DNA of 64,000 nt, taken from positions 14,012,001 through 14,076,000 of the forward strand of contig OZ024766.1 of the NCBI GenBank assembly GCA_964016885.1, written 5' to 3'. Below, piece by piece: positions 12,671 to 25,127 of this stretch. The position numbers and the translations under genes are program-made. Origin of the DNA: Eledone cirrhosa. Lineage: Eukaryota. Position 1 is the first letter of the stretch; every line of letters begins with the position of its first letter. The notes beneath the pieces are model-generated. The model was not told where the DNA came from and searched no databases. It was given only the letters and a program-made list of their open reading frames with translations.

Positions 12671-12808
12671 CTTTCTGACAACTGTTTCCTTCATAACCTG
12701 GAGCACATCTACCCCTTGAACAGATCCCTAATTCCACATTACACCTGTTGTTATCTTCACAATGACACACCTGATCACAGTTGGCACCAAGTCTTCCACT
12801 ACTGCACA
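12671..12808 (-). CDS. EGF-like exon, copy 3
   Basis: Identical to copy 1; AG/GT intact. Confidence 0.88.
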
Positions 12809-14325
12809 CTGTAACAGGAAAACATTGGTGTAGATCAGGGATTGCCAACTTCTTTGCCTCCATGGGCCGGACGAACGCCATAAAAGAATAATTATGGAAA
12901 ATTACACAAGCTAACGTTTAATCTCGAGTGTTGACTATACTATTCATTTCTCAAATCTTGAATTATATTCACAAATACCTCTGAATCCTGTGATTTCCCT
13001 CCTTGAAATGATGGAAAATGCACATAATTTTTATTTCAAAGTTGATGTTCCCACAACTGTAGCTTTTTTTCAAATGTATATGGTTATACATTTCATTTAC
13101 GAGCTGAGTTTTACCTTGAAGTTGTAAATTTAAGTTATTTAACCCTTTAGCACTTACATTACTCTATATTTACTATTGTAATGTCACAGTAAACACTTTA
13201 TCTTATATAGTTATCTCACATAATATTGAATCTATGAGATTTTGATATTATTTATCTTGAGAAGAATACCTTAACGTCAGTATGAGTGGCTAGTTACAGC
13301 CGGTTTGAACAGAAAAAAGTGAGAGATTTCTGGCCGGATATGGCCGGTTTAAATGCTAAAGGGTTAAACGAGTCACAATATCCTCAATAAATACCAAAGT
13401 TGTAACAGCAGGCCTTTTATTGTATTCGAAAGGAATAATACGTATTATTCTTTTATAATCTTTTATAATCTCTATAATTGAATTATTCTTTATCGAAAGG
13501 TTGTGAGTTCAATTCTCCGACCGGTTAATGTGTTGTTTCCTTGAGCAAGACTCTTTATTTCAAATTGCTCCAGTTTACTCAGCTGTAGAAATGAGATGAT
13601 AGGGACTGGGGTCCCTATCATTCCACTGTAAAGTGGTCCTAGAGGTGCCACGGCAAAAAATCACCCAGCACTCACTGTAAATGAGGTTGGTTTTAGGAAG
13701 GGCATCAAGCTGTAGAAATCAAGCCAGAATCAGTTCCTGTCCCACTCTTGCAAGCAGGGAAAAGGGGACGTAAAATGAAATGATTTCATAATTCAGGGGT
13801 TGATAAAATATAGTACCAGTGATATCCTGGGGTAGATTTAATAGAATAGCTTAACTCGCACTCACATATATATATATCTACTAACCAAAGTATCGCGTGA
13901 TCTGGTGCGTTATGGTCCACCTCGTTCCTTACCATACTTCCTACCACACACACACACACACACATATATAGATATATACTTATAAATATATACAGAATAA
14001 GGAGCAGGTATTACAATAACCTGGGGTTCAAGGGCCCTCACCTCTTCAACAAGCTGCCAAGGAATTTGAGAGATCTGCATGGTGTGGACGTGGATGTTTT
14101 CAAGGAACATCTCGACACCCTGTTACCAGGATCCTGGATGAGCCCACAGCATGGTTCGAAGGTAACCTAAGGGCAGCAACAACGAACCCCCTCTTTGCCG
14201 AATGGCCAACCAACACAGGTTGGAGAAAGAATGTGTAACAAGAGCATGCCCCAGCATGGCCTCAACTGGATCGCTGGAACACGTTAAAAGAGAAAAAGAG
14301 AATATATATATATATATATACATAT

Positions 14326-14630
14326 AATGTAGGAGGTGAGTTTTATTGTGGTACAATAAAGCAATGCAGATATCGGATAAGAAGCACTCTACAGTTTGTA
14401 GGACTGGAGTATACATAATATAAGATCAAAAGATGGTTAAAGGAGTTCCATGTATTTTATTATGCGCATTTAAAACTGCACTATCCACAAGTGTTTTTTT
14501 AGCCTTCATATCATGTTCTCCTGTTTTATCTGATGAAAACACAAATATTATTGCATGATGATGTTTGTTTTTGAAATGCGCATAATAAAATACATGGAAC
14601 TCCTTTAACCATCTTTTGATCTTATATTAT
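14326..14630 (+). mobile_element. ~305-bp hammerhead-bearing cassette within (TA)n, probably a Penelope-like element pLTR or retrozyme fragment
   Basis: Also present at about 19530-19834, 24449-24753, 29908-30212, 35716-36020, 39689-39993 and 54471-54775. Empty sites at about 5105, 9825, 45115, 49870 and 59610. Contains the hammerhead motif and a 57-bp inverted repeat. The Penelope-like assignment is inferred. Confidence 0.6.
14515..14600 (+). ncRNA. Type I minimal hammerhead ribozyme motif
   Basis: Stem I tgttttat/ataaaata; core CTGATGA at 14530-14536; ~15-bp stem II at 14537-14572; GAAA at 14573-14576; palindromic stem III ATGCGCAT; AUA triplet with predicted cut after 14584. Confidence 0.75.
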
Positions 14631-14947
14631 ATTTACATATATATATATTTATATTTATATTTCTGGCTATTTCTGGCTGTCGATGGTCCTATTCAGGCCA
14701 CTGGGATGACGTTGTTCAACGAGTGTATTTTTAAAAAAATGCAACAAGTGGTTCAAATCATTCGCAGATTTGCATTTGCTGTGTAAACGCAGATGGTTAT
14801 TTTTCTTCTCATTTGGTGAACATCCAAGAATTTAACTGCTGTGATTTACGGATTAATAGGTGAAATATATTTCTTACTTAAAGAGCCAGGAACCCAACGG
14901 CTGAGCTCCGGCCAGAGATCAGCAGTTGGGGTCCTGACTCTTTTCCT

Positions 14948-15016
<69 letters not shown>

Positions 15017-17872
15017 ACGAAGGAAATGTGGTAAGGAACCAGGTGGACCATAACGCACCAAAGTACTCAATACTTGAGGTGGTAGAGTGGGTAATAGGAA
15101 CCTTATTATATATTTATATATATATATATATAAATAATATATTAATAAATGGAAACTATATTTATAAAACCATATTTATTTCATTATACATATTTCAAGG
15201 GCAACCAAGGCAAACTGTTGAGTGCTTTATATCAGTTATAAAAATGTTTAAGCTTATTGAATCCCAACAAATTAAATATAACCTCTGCATATATATATAT
15301 TTATATATATATATATAAATTTATATAATACAACATTAGAATTACTACTACATTTTACTTTCTATCTCTGTCTCTCACATCTCTTTCTCTCCCTCTATCT
15401 CCCTCTCTCGATATCCCTCTCTTTCTCTCACCCCCCTCTCTCTCTCTATCTCTCTCTATCTCTCCTCCTGTCTCTCCCATACACTTACCTAAGGTCATGT
15501 AATTTAACTGGGTGTGACTTTCTCAAAAGTTAATACAAAGACTTGCTTTCAACTGACAGAAACATAGCTACAATGTTGCACACTCATATCATGTGTCTGT
15601 ATGGCTGACTGCCTGAACTTCATACAGAAATAAAAAACCCCACACAACCAACATTCTGGGGTTGATAAAATATAATTGTTTCTAATTATATTGACTAATT
15701 ATATTTACGCTAATTATATTTACGAATAATATTGACTAATAATATTGACTAATTATATTGACTAATTATATTTACTAATAATATTGACTAATAATATTGA
15801 CTAATTATATTGACTAATTATATTGACTAATTATATTTACTAATAATATTGACTAATAATATTGACTAATTATATTTACTAATAATATTGACTAATAATA
15901 TTGACTTATTATATTGACTAATTATATTGACTAATTATATTGACTAATTATATTGACTAATTATATTTACTAATAATATTGACTAATTATATTTACTAAT
16001 AATATTGACTAATAATATTGACTAATTATATTGACTAATTATATTGACTAATTATATTGACTAATTATATTGACTAATTATATTGACTAATTATATTGAC
16101 TAATTATATTTACTAATAATATTGACTAATTATATTTACTAATAATATTGACTAATTATATTGACTAATTATATTGACTAATTATATTGACTAATTATAT
16201 TTACTAATAATATTGACTAATAATATTGACTAATTATATTGACTAATTATATTTACTAATTATATTGACTAATTATATTGACTAATTATATTGACTAATT
16301 ATATTGACTAATTATATTGACTAATTATATTTACTAATAATAGTAACTAATTATATGAACTAATAATTATTTCTACATTAGCCACAAGGCCAGCAATTAC
16401 CCAGTACATTACTGGTACTTTATTTTATCGACCCCGTAAGGATGAAAGGCAAAGTTAACCTCATTAACTAATTATATTGACTAATAATATTAACTAATTA
16501 TATTGACTAATTATATTAACTAATAATATTAACTAATATTATCACCTAATAATATTAACTAATAACATTCACTAATTATATTAACTAATAATATTAACTA
16601 ATATTATCAACTAATAATATTCATTAATAATTTAAATAATGTTTACATTAGGCACAAGGCCAGCAATTACCCCAGTGTATTACTGGTACTTTATTTTATC
16701 AACCCCGTAAGGATGAAGGGCAAAGTTAACCTCGGCGGGATTTGAATTAGTTAATATTATTCGGTGGATTGGCAGTATCGGTGGAGCGTCGGACGCCATG
16801 CTTTGATGCATAGAGTTACGGCCCTTAGTCAATATAATTAGTAAATATTATTAGTTAATATTATTAGTTAATATAATTAGTTAATATTATTAGTTAATAT
16901 AATTAGTTAATATTATTAGTTAATATTATTAGTTAATATAATTAGTTAATATTATTAGTTAATATTATTAGTTAATATAATTAGTTAATATTATTAGTTA
17001 ATATAATTAGTTAATATTATTAGTTAATATTATTAGTTAATATAATTAGTTAATATTATTAGTTAATATTATTAGTTAATATTATTAGTCAATATAATTA
17101 GTTAATATTATTAATTAATATAATTAGTTAATATTATTAGTCAATAATAACATTAATGGCAGTGGATTGGCAGTATCAGTGGAGGGTGGGACGCCATGCT
17201 TTGATGCATAGAGTTACGGCCCTTGCCATTCTGAGTTCAAATCCCACCGAGGTTAACTTTGCCTTTCATCCTTACGGGGTCGATAAAATAAAGTAGCAGT
17301 AATACACTGGGGTAATTGCTGGCCTTGTGCCTAACGTAGAAACAATTATTAACTAATATTACTAACTAATAATATTGATTGTTGACTAGAAATTTAGAGA
17401 TTATTTTAATGGTTTCTGATTTAGATGCAAGGCCAACACATTTGGGGAAGGGGTGTTGATTGACCCCAGTGTGTTACTGGTACTTTATTTTATCAACCCA
17501 GTAAGGATGAAGGGCAAAGCTTACCTTGATGGGATTTGAACTCAGAACGTAAAGGGCCGTAACTGGGTTCAAATCCTACTGAAGTTATAGCTCTGGCTTT
17601 CATCCTAACAGGGTTGATAAAGTAAAGTACCAGTAACGTACTGGGGTTGATAAAGTAAAGTACCAGTAACGTACTGGGGTTGATAAAGTAAAGTACCAGT
17701 AACGTACTGGCGTTGATAAAGTAAAGTACCAGTAACGAACTGGGGTTGATAAAGTAAACTACCAGTAATGTACTGGGGTTAATAAAATAAAGTACCAGTA
17801 ATGTACTGGGGTTGATAAAATAAAGTACCTGGACTGGTGAGAGATAAAAGCTGAGATATGAAAATAACTAAC

Positions 17873-18010
17873 CTTTCTGACAACTGTTTCTTTCATAACC
17901 TGGAGCACATCTACCCCTTGAACAGATCCCTAATTCCACATTACACCTGTTGTTATCTTCACAATGACACACCTGATCACAGTTGGCACCAAGTCTTCCA
18001 CTACTGCACA
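17873..18010 (-). CDS. EGF-like exon, copy 4 (G>R variant)
   Basis: Change at 17891 gives GYERNSC; AG/GT intact. Confidence 0.86.
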
Positions 18011-19499
18011 CTGTAACAGGAAAACATTGGTGTAGATCAGGGATTGGCAACTTCTTTGCCTCCATGGGCCGGACGAACGCCATAAAAGAATAATTATGGA
18101 AAATTACACAAGCTAAAATTTAATCTCGAGTGTTGACTATACTATTCATTTCTCAAATCTTGAATTATATTCACAAATACCTCTGAATCCTGTGATTTCC
18201 CTCCTTGAAATGATGGAAAATGCACATAATTTTTATTTCAAAGTTGATGTTCCCACAACTGTAGCTTTTTTTCAAAGACAACAATATGGTTATACATTTC
18301 ATTTACGAGCTGTGTTTTACCTTGAAGTTGTAAATTTAAGTTATTTAACCCTTTAGCACTTACATTACTCTATATTTACTATTGTAATGTCACAGTAAAC
18401 ACTTTATCTTATATAGTTATCTCACATAATATTGAATCTATGAGATTTTGATATTATTTATTTTGAGAAGAATACCTTAACGTCAGTATGAGTGGCTAGT
18501 TACAGCCGGTTTGAACAGAAAAAAGTGAGAGATTTCTGGCCGGATATGGCCGGTTTAAATGCTAAAGGGTTAAACGAGTCACAATATCCTCAATAAATAC
18601 CAAAGTTGTAACAGCAGGCCTTTTATTGTATTCGAAAGGAATAATACGTATTATTCTTTTATAATCTTTTATAATCTCTATAATTGTATTATTCTTTATC
18701 GAAAGGTTGTGAGTTCAATTCTCCGACCGGTTAATGTGTTGTTTCCTTGAGCAAGACACTTTATTTCAAATTGCTCCAGTTTACTCAGCTGTAGAAATGA
18801 GATGATAGGGACTGGAGTCCCTATCATTCCACTGTAAAGTGGTCGTAGAGGTGCCACGGCAAAAAATCACCCAGCACTCACTGTAAATGAGGTTGGTTTT
18901 AGGAAGGGCATCAAGCTGTAGAAATCAAGCCAGAATCAGTTCCTGTCCCACTCTTGCAAGCAGGGAAAAGGGGACGTAAAATGAAATGATTTCATAATTC
19001 AGGGGTTGATAAAATATAGTACCAGTGATATCCTGGAGTAGATTTAATAGAATAGCTTAACACACACTCACATATATATATATATCTACTAACCAAAGTA
19101 TCGCGTGATCTGGTGCGTTATGGTCCACCTCGTTCCTTACCATACTTCCTACCACACACACACATATATAGATATATACTTATAAATATATACAGAATAA
19201 GGAGCAGGTATTACAATAACCTGGGGTTCAAGGGCCCTCACCTCTTCAACAAGCTGCCAAGGAATTTGAGAGATCTGCATGGTGTGGACGTGGATGTTTT
19301 CAAGGAACATCTCGACACCCTGTTACCAGGATCCTGGATGAGCCCACAGCATGGTTCGAAGGTAACCTAAGGGCAGCAACAACGAACCCCCTCTTTGCCA
19401 AATGGCCAACCAACACAGGTTGGAGAAAGAATGTGTAACAAGGGCATGCCCCAGCATGGCCTCAACTGGATCGCTGGAACACGTTAAAAGAGTAAAAGA

Positions 19500-19532
<33 letters not shown>

Positions 19533-19718
19533 GTAGGAGGTGAGTTTTATTGTAGTACAATAAAGCAATGCAGATATCGGATAAGAAGCACTCTACAGTT
19601 TGTAGGACTGGAGTATACATAATATAAGATCAAAAGATGGTTAAAGGAGTTCCATGTATTTTATTATGCGCATTTAAAACTGCACTATCCACAAGTGTTT
19701 TTTTAGCCTTCATATCAT

Positions 19719-19804
19719 GTTCTCCTGTTTTATCTGATGAAAACACAAATATTATTGCATGATGATGTTTGTTTTTGAAATGCGCATAATAAAATACATG
19801 GAAC
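19719..19804 (+). ncRNA. Type I minimal hammerhead ribozyme motif
   Basis: Same sequence as 14515-14600. Confidence 0.75.
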
Positions 19805-20151
19805 TCCTTTAACCATCTTTTGATCTTATATTATATATACATATATATATATTTATATTTATATTTCTGGCTATTTCTGGCTGTCGATGGTCCTATTCAG
19901 GCCACTGGGATGACGTTGTTCAACGAGTGTATTTTTAAAAAAATGCAACAAGTGGTTCAAATCATTCGCAGATTTGCATTTGCTGTGTAAACGCAGATGG
20001 TTATTTTTCTTCTCATTTGGTGAACATCCAAGAATTTAACTGCTGTGATTTACGGATTAATAGGTGAAATATATTTCTTACTTAAAGAGCCAGGAACCCA
20101 ACGGCTGAGCTCCGGCCAGAGATCAGCAGTTGGGGTCCTGACTCTTTTCCT

Positions 20152-20202
<51 letters not shown>

Positions 20203-22788
20203 ACGAAGGAAATGTGGTAAGGAACCAGGTGGACCATAACGCACCAAAGTACTCAATACTTGAGGTAGTAGAGTGGGTAATAGGAACCTTATTATATATT
20301 TATATATATATATATATAAATAATATATTAATAAATGGAAACTATATTTATAAAACCATATTTATTTTATTATACATATTTCAAGGGCAACCAAGGCAAA
20401 CTGTTGAGTGCTTTATATCAGTTATAAAAATGTTTAAGCTTATTGAATCCCAACAAATTAAATATAACCTCTGCATATATATATATTTATATATATATAT
20501 ATAAATTTATATAATACAACATTAGAATTACTACTACATTTTACTTTCTATCTCTGTCTCTCACATCTCTTTCTCTCCCTCTATCTCCCTCTCTCGATAT
20601 CCCTCTCTTTCTCTCACCCCCCTCTCTCTCTCTATCTCTCTCTATCTCTCCTCCTGTCTCTCCCATACACTTACCTAAGGTCATGTAATTTAACTGGGTG
20701 TGACTTTCTCAAAAGTTAATACAAAGACTTGCTTTCAACTGACAGAAACATAGCTACAATGTTGCACACTCATATCATGTGTCTGTATGGCTGACTGCCT
20801 GAACTTCATACAGAAATAAAAAACCCCACACAACCAACATTCTGGGGTTGATAAAATATAATTGTTTCTAATTATATTGACTAATTATATTTACGAATAA
20901 TATTGACTAATAATATTGACTAATTATATTGACTAATTATATTTACTAATAATATTGACTAATAATATTGACTAATTATATTGACTAATTATATTGACTA
21001 ATTATATTGACTAATTATATTTACTAATAATATTGACTAATAATATTGACTAATTATATTTACTAATAATATTGACTAATAATATTGACTTATTATATTG
21101 ACTAATTATATTGACTAATTATATTGACTAATTATATTGACTAATTATATTTACTAATAATATTGACTAATTATATTTACTAATAATATTGACTAATTAT
21201 ATTGACTAATTATATTGACTAATTATATTTACTAATTATATTTACTAATAATATTGACTAATAATATTGACTAATTATATTGACTAATTATATTGACTAA
21301 TTATATTTACTAATAATATTGACTAATAATATTGACTAATTATATTGACTAATTATATTGACTAATTATATTGACTAATTATATTGACTAATAATATTAA
21401 CTAATAATATTAACTAAATAATATTAACTATCAAGGGCGGTGGATTGGCAGTATCGGTATAAGGTCGGACGCCGTGCTTTCCAGCATAGTTACGTCCCTT
21501 TACGATCTGAGTTCAAATCCCGCCGAGGTAGACTTTGCCTTTCATCCTTACGGGGTCGATAAAATAAAGTACCAGTTATGCACTGGGTAATTGCTGGCCT
21601 TGTGCCTAAAGTAGAAACAATTATTAGTAAATATAATTAGTTAATATTATTAGTTAATATAATTAGTTAATATTATTAGTTAATATTATTAGTCAATAAT
21701 AATATTAATGGCAGTGGATTGGCAGTATCAGTGGAGGGTCGGACGCCATGCTTTGATGCATAGAGTTACGGCCCTTGCCATTCTGAGTTCAAATCCCACC
21801 GAGGTTAACTTTGCCTTTCATCCTTACGGGGTCGATAAAATAAAGTAGCAGTAATTCACTGGGGTAATTGCTGGCCTTGTGCCTAACGTAGAAACAATTA
21901 TTAACTAATATTTCTAACTAATAATATTGATTGTTGACTAGAAATTTAGAGATTATTTTAATGGTTTCTGATTTAGATGCAAGGCCAACACATTTGGGGA
22001 AGGGGTGTTGATTGACCCCAGTATGTTACTGGTACTTTATTTTATCAACCCAGTAAGGATGAAAGGCAAAGCTTACCTTGATGGGATTTGAACTCAGAAC
22101 GTAAAGGGCCGTAACTGGGTTCAAATCCTACTGAAGTTATAGCTCTGGCTTTCGTCCTAACAGGGTTGATAAAGTAAAGTACCAGTAACGTACTGGGGTT
22201 GATAAAGTAAAGTACCTGTAACGTTCTTGGGTTGATAAAGTAAGGTACCAGTAATGTACTGGGGTTGATAAAGTAAAGTACCAGTAATGTACTGGGTTTG
22301 ATAAAGTAAAGTACCAGTAACGTACTGGGGTTGATAAAGTAAAGTACCAGTAATGTACGGGGGGTTGATAAAGTAAGGTACCAGTAATGTACTGGGGTTG
22401 ATAAAGTAAAGTACCAGTAATGTACTGGGGTTGATAAGGTAAAGTACCTGTAACGTTCTTGGGTTGATAAAGTAAGGTACCAGTAATGTACTGGGGTTGA
22501 TAAAGTAAAGTACCAGTAATGTACTGGGGTTGATAAAGTAAAGTATCAGTAACGTACTGGGGTTGATAAAGTAAAGTACCAGTAATGTACTGGGGTTGAT
22601 AAAGTAAAGTACCAGTAACGTACTGGTGTTGATAAAGTAAAGTACCAGTAAAGTACTGGGGTTGACAAAATAAAGTACCAGTAATGTACTGGGATTGATA
22701 AAATAAAGTACCAGTAATGTACTGGGGTTGATAAAATAAAGTACCTGGACTGGTGAGAGATAAAAGCTGAGATATGAAAATAACTAAC

Positions 22789-22926
22789 CTTTCTGACAAC
22801 TGTTTCCTTCATAACCTGGAGCACATCTACCCCTTGAACAGATCCCTAATTCCACATTACACCTGTTGTTATCTTCACAATGACACACCTGATCACAGTT
22901 GGCACCAAGTCTTCCACTACTGCACA
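22789..22926 (-). CDS. EGF-like exon, copy 5
   Basis: Identical to copy 1. Confidence 0.88.
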
Positions 22927-24637
22927 CTGTAACAGGAAAACATTGGTGTAGATCAGGGATTGCCAACTTCTTTGCCTCCATGGGCCGGACGAACGCCATA
23001 AAAGAATAATTATGGAAAATTACACAAGCTAAAATTTTTATCTCGAGTGTTGACTATACTATTCATTTCTCAAATCTTGAATTATATTCACAAATACCTC
23101 TGAATCCTGTGATTTCCCTCCTTGAAATGATGGAAAATGCACATAATTTTTATTTCAAAGTTGATGTTCCCACAACTGTAGCTTTTTTTCAAAGGCAACA
23201 ATGTGGTTATACATTTCATTTACGAGCTGAGTTTTACCTTGAAGTTGTAAATTTAAGTTATTTAACCCTTTAGCACTTACATTACTCTATATTTACTATT
23301 GTAATGTCACAGTAAACACTTTATCTTATATAGTTATCTCACATAATATTGAATCTATGAGATTTTGATATTATTTATTTTGAGAAGAATACCTTAACGT
23401 CAGTATGAGTGGCTAGTTACAGCCGGTTTGAACAGAAAAAAGTGAGAGATTTCTGGCCGGATATGGCCGGTTTAAATGCTAAAGGGTTAAACGATTCACA
23501 ATATCCTCAATAAATACCAAAGTTGTAACAGCAGGCCTTTTATTGTATTCGAAAGGAATAATACGTATTATTCTTTTATAATCTTTTATAATCTCTATAA
23601 TTGTATTATTCTTTATCGAAAGGTTGTGAGTTCAATTCTCCGACCGGTTAATGTGTTGTTTCCTTGAGCAAGACACTTTATTTCAAATTGCTCCAGTTTA
23701 CTCAGCTGTAGAAATGAGATGATAGGGACTGGGGTCCCTATCATTCCACTGTAAAGTGGTCCTAGAGGTGCCACGGCAAAAAATCACCCAGCACTCACTG
23801 TAAATGAGGTTGGTTTTAGGAAGGGCATCAAGCTGTAGAAATCAAGCCAGAATCAGTTCCTGTCCCACTCTTGCAAGCAGGGAAAAGGGGACGTAAAATG
23901 AAATGATTTCATAATTCAGGGGTTGATAAAATATAGTACCAGTGATATCCTGGGGTAGATTTAATAGAATAGCTTAACTCGCACTCACATATATATATAT
24001 CTACTAACCAAAGTATCGCGTGATCTGGTGCGTTATGGTCCACCTCGTTCCTTACCATACTTCCTACCACACACACACACACACACATATATAGATATAT
24101 ACTTATAAATATATACAGAATAAGGAGCAGGTATTACAATAACCTGGGGTTCAAGGGCCCTCACCTCTTCAACAAGCTGCCAAGGAATTTGAGAGATCTG
24201 CATGGTGTGGACGTGGATGTTTTCAAGGAACATCTCGACACCCTGTTACCAGGATCCTGGATGAGCCCACAGCATGGTTCGAAGGTAACCTAAGGGCAGC
24301 AACAACGAACCCCCTCTTTGCCGAATGGCCAACCAACACAGGTTGGAGAAAGAATGTGTAACAAGAGCATGCCCCAGCATGGCCTCAACTGGATCGCTGG
24401 AACACGTTAAAAGAGAAAAAGAGAATATATATATATATATATACATATAATGTAGGAGGTGAGTTTTATTGTGGTACAATAAAGCAATGCAGATATCGGA
24501 TAAGAAGCACTCTACAGTTTGTAGGACTGGAGTATACATAATATAAGATCAAAAGATGGTTAAAGGAGTTCCATGTATTTTATTATGCGCATTTAAAACT
24601 GCACTATCCACAAGTGTTTTTTTAGCCTTCATATCAT

Positions 24638-24723
24638 GTTCTCCTGTTTTATCTGATGAAAACACAAATATTATTGCATGATGATGTTTGTTTTTGAAAT
24701 GCGCATAATAAAATACATGGAAC
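24638..24723 (+). ncRNA. Type I minimal hammerhead ribozyme motif
   Basis: Same sequence as 14515-14600. Confidence 0.75.
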
Positions 24724-25070
24724 TCCTTTAACCATCTTTTGATCTTATATTATATTTACATATATATATATTTATATTTATATTTCTGGCTATTTCTGGC
24801 TGTCGATGGTCCTATTCAGGCCACTGGGATGACGTTGTTCAACGAGTGTATTTTTAAAAAAATGCAACAAGTGGTTCAAATCATTCGCAGATTTGCATTT
24901 GCTGTGTAAACGCAGATGGTTATTTTTCTTCTCATTTGGTGAACATCCAAGAATTTAACTGCTGTGATTTACGGATTAATAGGTGAAATATATTTCTTAC
25001 TTAAAGAGCCAGGAACCCAACGGCTGAGCTCCGGCCAGAGATCAGCAGTTGGGGTCCTGACTCTTTTCCT

Positions 25071-25127
<57 letters not shown>

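Noticed and set aside
14415-14480. A second hammerhead on the minus (gene) strand in the left arm of the inverted repeat
   Set aside because: It reads ttttaaatgcgcata, so the G of GAAA is missing, and there is no CUGANGA core or stem II upstream.
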